Assembly (NCBI GenBank): GCA_040905565.1
Contig: JBBDRF010000079.1
Span: forward strand, 1 to 16,146
Reading direction: 5' to 3'
Length of the DNA stretch: 16,146 bases
DNA from: Phycisphaeraceae bacterium
Lineage (GTDB): Bacteria > Planctomycetota > Phycisphaerae > Phycisphaerales > Zrk34
Shown: positions 15,023 to 16,146 of the stretch, one piece after another
Layout of the letters: each line of letters starts with the position of its first letter
How positions within the stretch are numbered: position 1 is the first letter of the stretch
Notes under the pieces: generated by a model
What the model was told of the DNA's origin: nothing
The model's database searches: none
Seen by the model: only the letters and a program-made list of their open reading frames with translations
Translations under genes and position numbers: made by a program

Positions 15023-15976
15023 ATGAATGATCCGTTCATCCGTACCGTGCTAGGCGACATCGCCCCCGAAGCCTTCGGCGTCTGCGATGCCCACGAACAT
15101 CTCATCATCGACGACCCCTACGTCCACGAAACCTGGCCCGATCGCAAACTCGACAACGTCATTAAAGCCGTCGGCGAATTGACCACCTTCAAAGAACTCG
15201 GCGGCTCCGCACTCGTCGACACCATGCCCATGGCCTGCGGACGCAACATCGAAAAACTCGTCCAGATCGCCCGCGAAACAAACGTCCACGTCGTCGCCGC
15301 CACCGGCCTCCACCTCGAAAAATACTATCGCCCCAACCACTGGCTCGACGGATTCGACGCCGGCGACCTCGTCGAATTCTTCGTCGCCGACATCGAACGC
15401 GGCATCCCCGCCGACGAATCCCAACCCCCCGCCACACGCACCGATCACCGCGCCGGCATCATCAAAGTCGCAGGCCAACAACACCTCACCCACCGCCAGC
15501 GCACCGCCTTTTTCGCCGCCGCCGAAGCACACCGCCGCACCGGATGCCCCATCGTCACCCACACCGACGGCGGTCACAACGCCATCGATCAGGTCGACCT
15601 CCTGCTCAACCACGGCGTCCAACCCAACAAAATCACCCTCAGCCACGTCGACCGCATCGCCGCACCCGAACAGCATCGCCAACTGCTCAACTTCGGCGTC
15701 AACCTCACCTACGACGCCGCCTTCCGCTGGCCCCCCGAATACGAACCCAACCCAAGCGTCCACCTCATCGCCACGCTCCTCCCCGAGTTCCCCACACAGA
15801 TCATGGTCGGTATGGACGCCGCCAGCACACGCTACTGGCGCAGCTACGGCGGCTCACCGGGCCTCGAATGGCTCGTCACACGCCTGCGCCGCCTCCTCGA
15901 GCAAAGCGAAGTCGACGAAGTCCTCCTCCACCGCCTCTACGTCGACAACCCCGCCAACGCCTTCGCCTTCGGCTAA
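15023..15976 (+). CDS. Phosphotriesterase-family (PTE/PHP/PLL-like) amidohydrolase
   Basis: IRTVLGDI, AHEHL (HxH), VDTMP..CGRN, VVAATGLH, AGIIKVA (carboxylatable Lys), THT, SHVDR, GMD, VDNPANAF. Confidence 0.92.
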   Translation: MNDPFIRTVLGDIAPEAFGVCDAHEHLIIDDPYVHETWPDRKLDNVIKAVGELTTFKELGGSALVDTMPMACGRNIEKLVQIARETNVHVVAATGLHLEKYYRPNHWLDGFDAGDLVEFFVADIERGIPADESQPPATRTDHRAGIIKVAGQQHLTHRQRTAFFAAAEAHRRTGCPIVTHTDGGHNAIDQVDLLLNHGVQPNKITLSHVDRIAAPEQHRQLLNFGVNLTYDAAFRWPPEYEPNPSVHLIATLLPEFPTQIMVGMDAASTRYWRSYGGSPGLEWLVTRLRRLLEQSEVDEVLLHRLYVDNPANAFAFG

Positions 15977-16058
15977 GGTGCGCGCCACATGGTGCGCAGA
16001 AGCCGAAATACGAGCCGCGACCGTAAGGGAGCGGTTGTGCGCCAAGGACTTTGCGCAC
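15977..16058. repeat. REP-like palindrome cluster
   Basis: GAGCCGCGACCGTAAGGGAGCGGTT (16012-16036) flanked by two TGCGC...GCGCA hairpins (15979-15998, 16037-16058) immediately after the PTE stop. Confidence 0.55.
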
Positions 16059-16146
16059 GCCGTGCATACGAACGGTGGCCTCGGCTACCCGGCGGAGCAA
16101 CTGTCAAAACTTGTGTTCCAGCGTCATGATCAGGCGGCGGGTTTTT

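Noticed and set aside
15050..16026. Alternative-frame ORFs over the PTE gene (15050-15763 -, 15544-16026 +) and over the barrel gene (14181-14735 +)
   Set aside because: Their low-complexity G/V/D- or R/P/H-rich translations are explained by the codon skew of the real genes.
16125..16146. GC-rich stretch followed by TTTTT at the window end as a terminator
   Set aside because: It is truncated by the window edge and no convincing 5' stem arm is visible.

Overview
GC-rich bacterial DNA, most likely Planctomycetota (class Phycisphaerae, inferred from lineage-like insertions and substitutions in L2, L3, L5 and L14 and from the absence of rpmD). Positions 82-13288 hold an almost complete S10-spc-alpha ribosomal protein superoperon on the minus strand: rpsJ-rplC-rplD-rplW-rplB-rpsS-rplV-rpsC-rplP-rpmC-rpsQ-rplN-rplX-rplE-rpsN-rpsH-rplF-rplR-rpsE-rplO-secY-map-infA-rpmJ-rpsM. 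rpmD and adk are missing from their usual positions, S14 is the Zn-free 89-aa form, and rpmJ was missed by the ORF track. The operon has its own near-consensus sigma70 promoter. Its ~100-nt leader carries a small hairpin and a near-perfect rRNA-type boxA (TGCTCTTTGACA) 22 nt before the start of rpsJ (S10/NusE). Upstream lie a BFD-like [2Fe-2S] protein gene and an outer-membrane beta-barrel gene whose promoter contains a DtxR/MntR/SirR-type palindrome. Next come an orphan + strand intrinsic terminator (candidate sRNA), a divergent phosphotriesterase-family hydrolase, and a REP-like hairpin cluster. The 50-nt poly-C at the left edge is probably a sequencing or assembly artefact. All regulatory calls are by eye and need computational or experimental confirmation.
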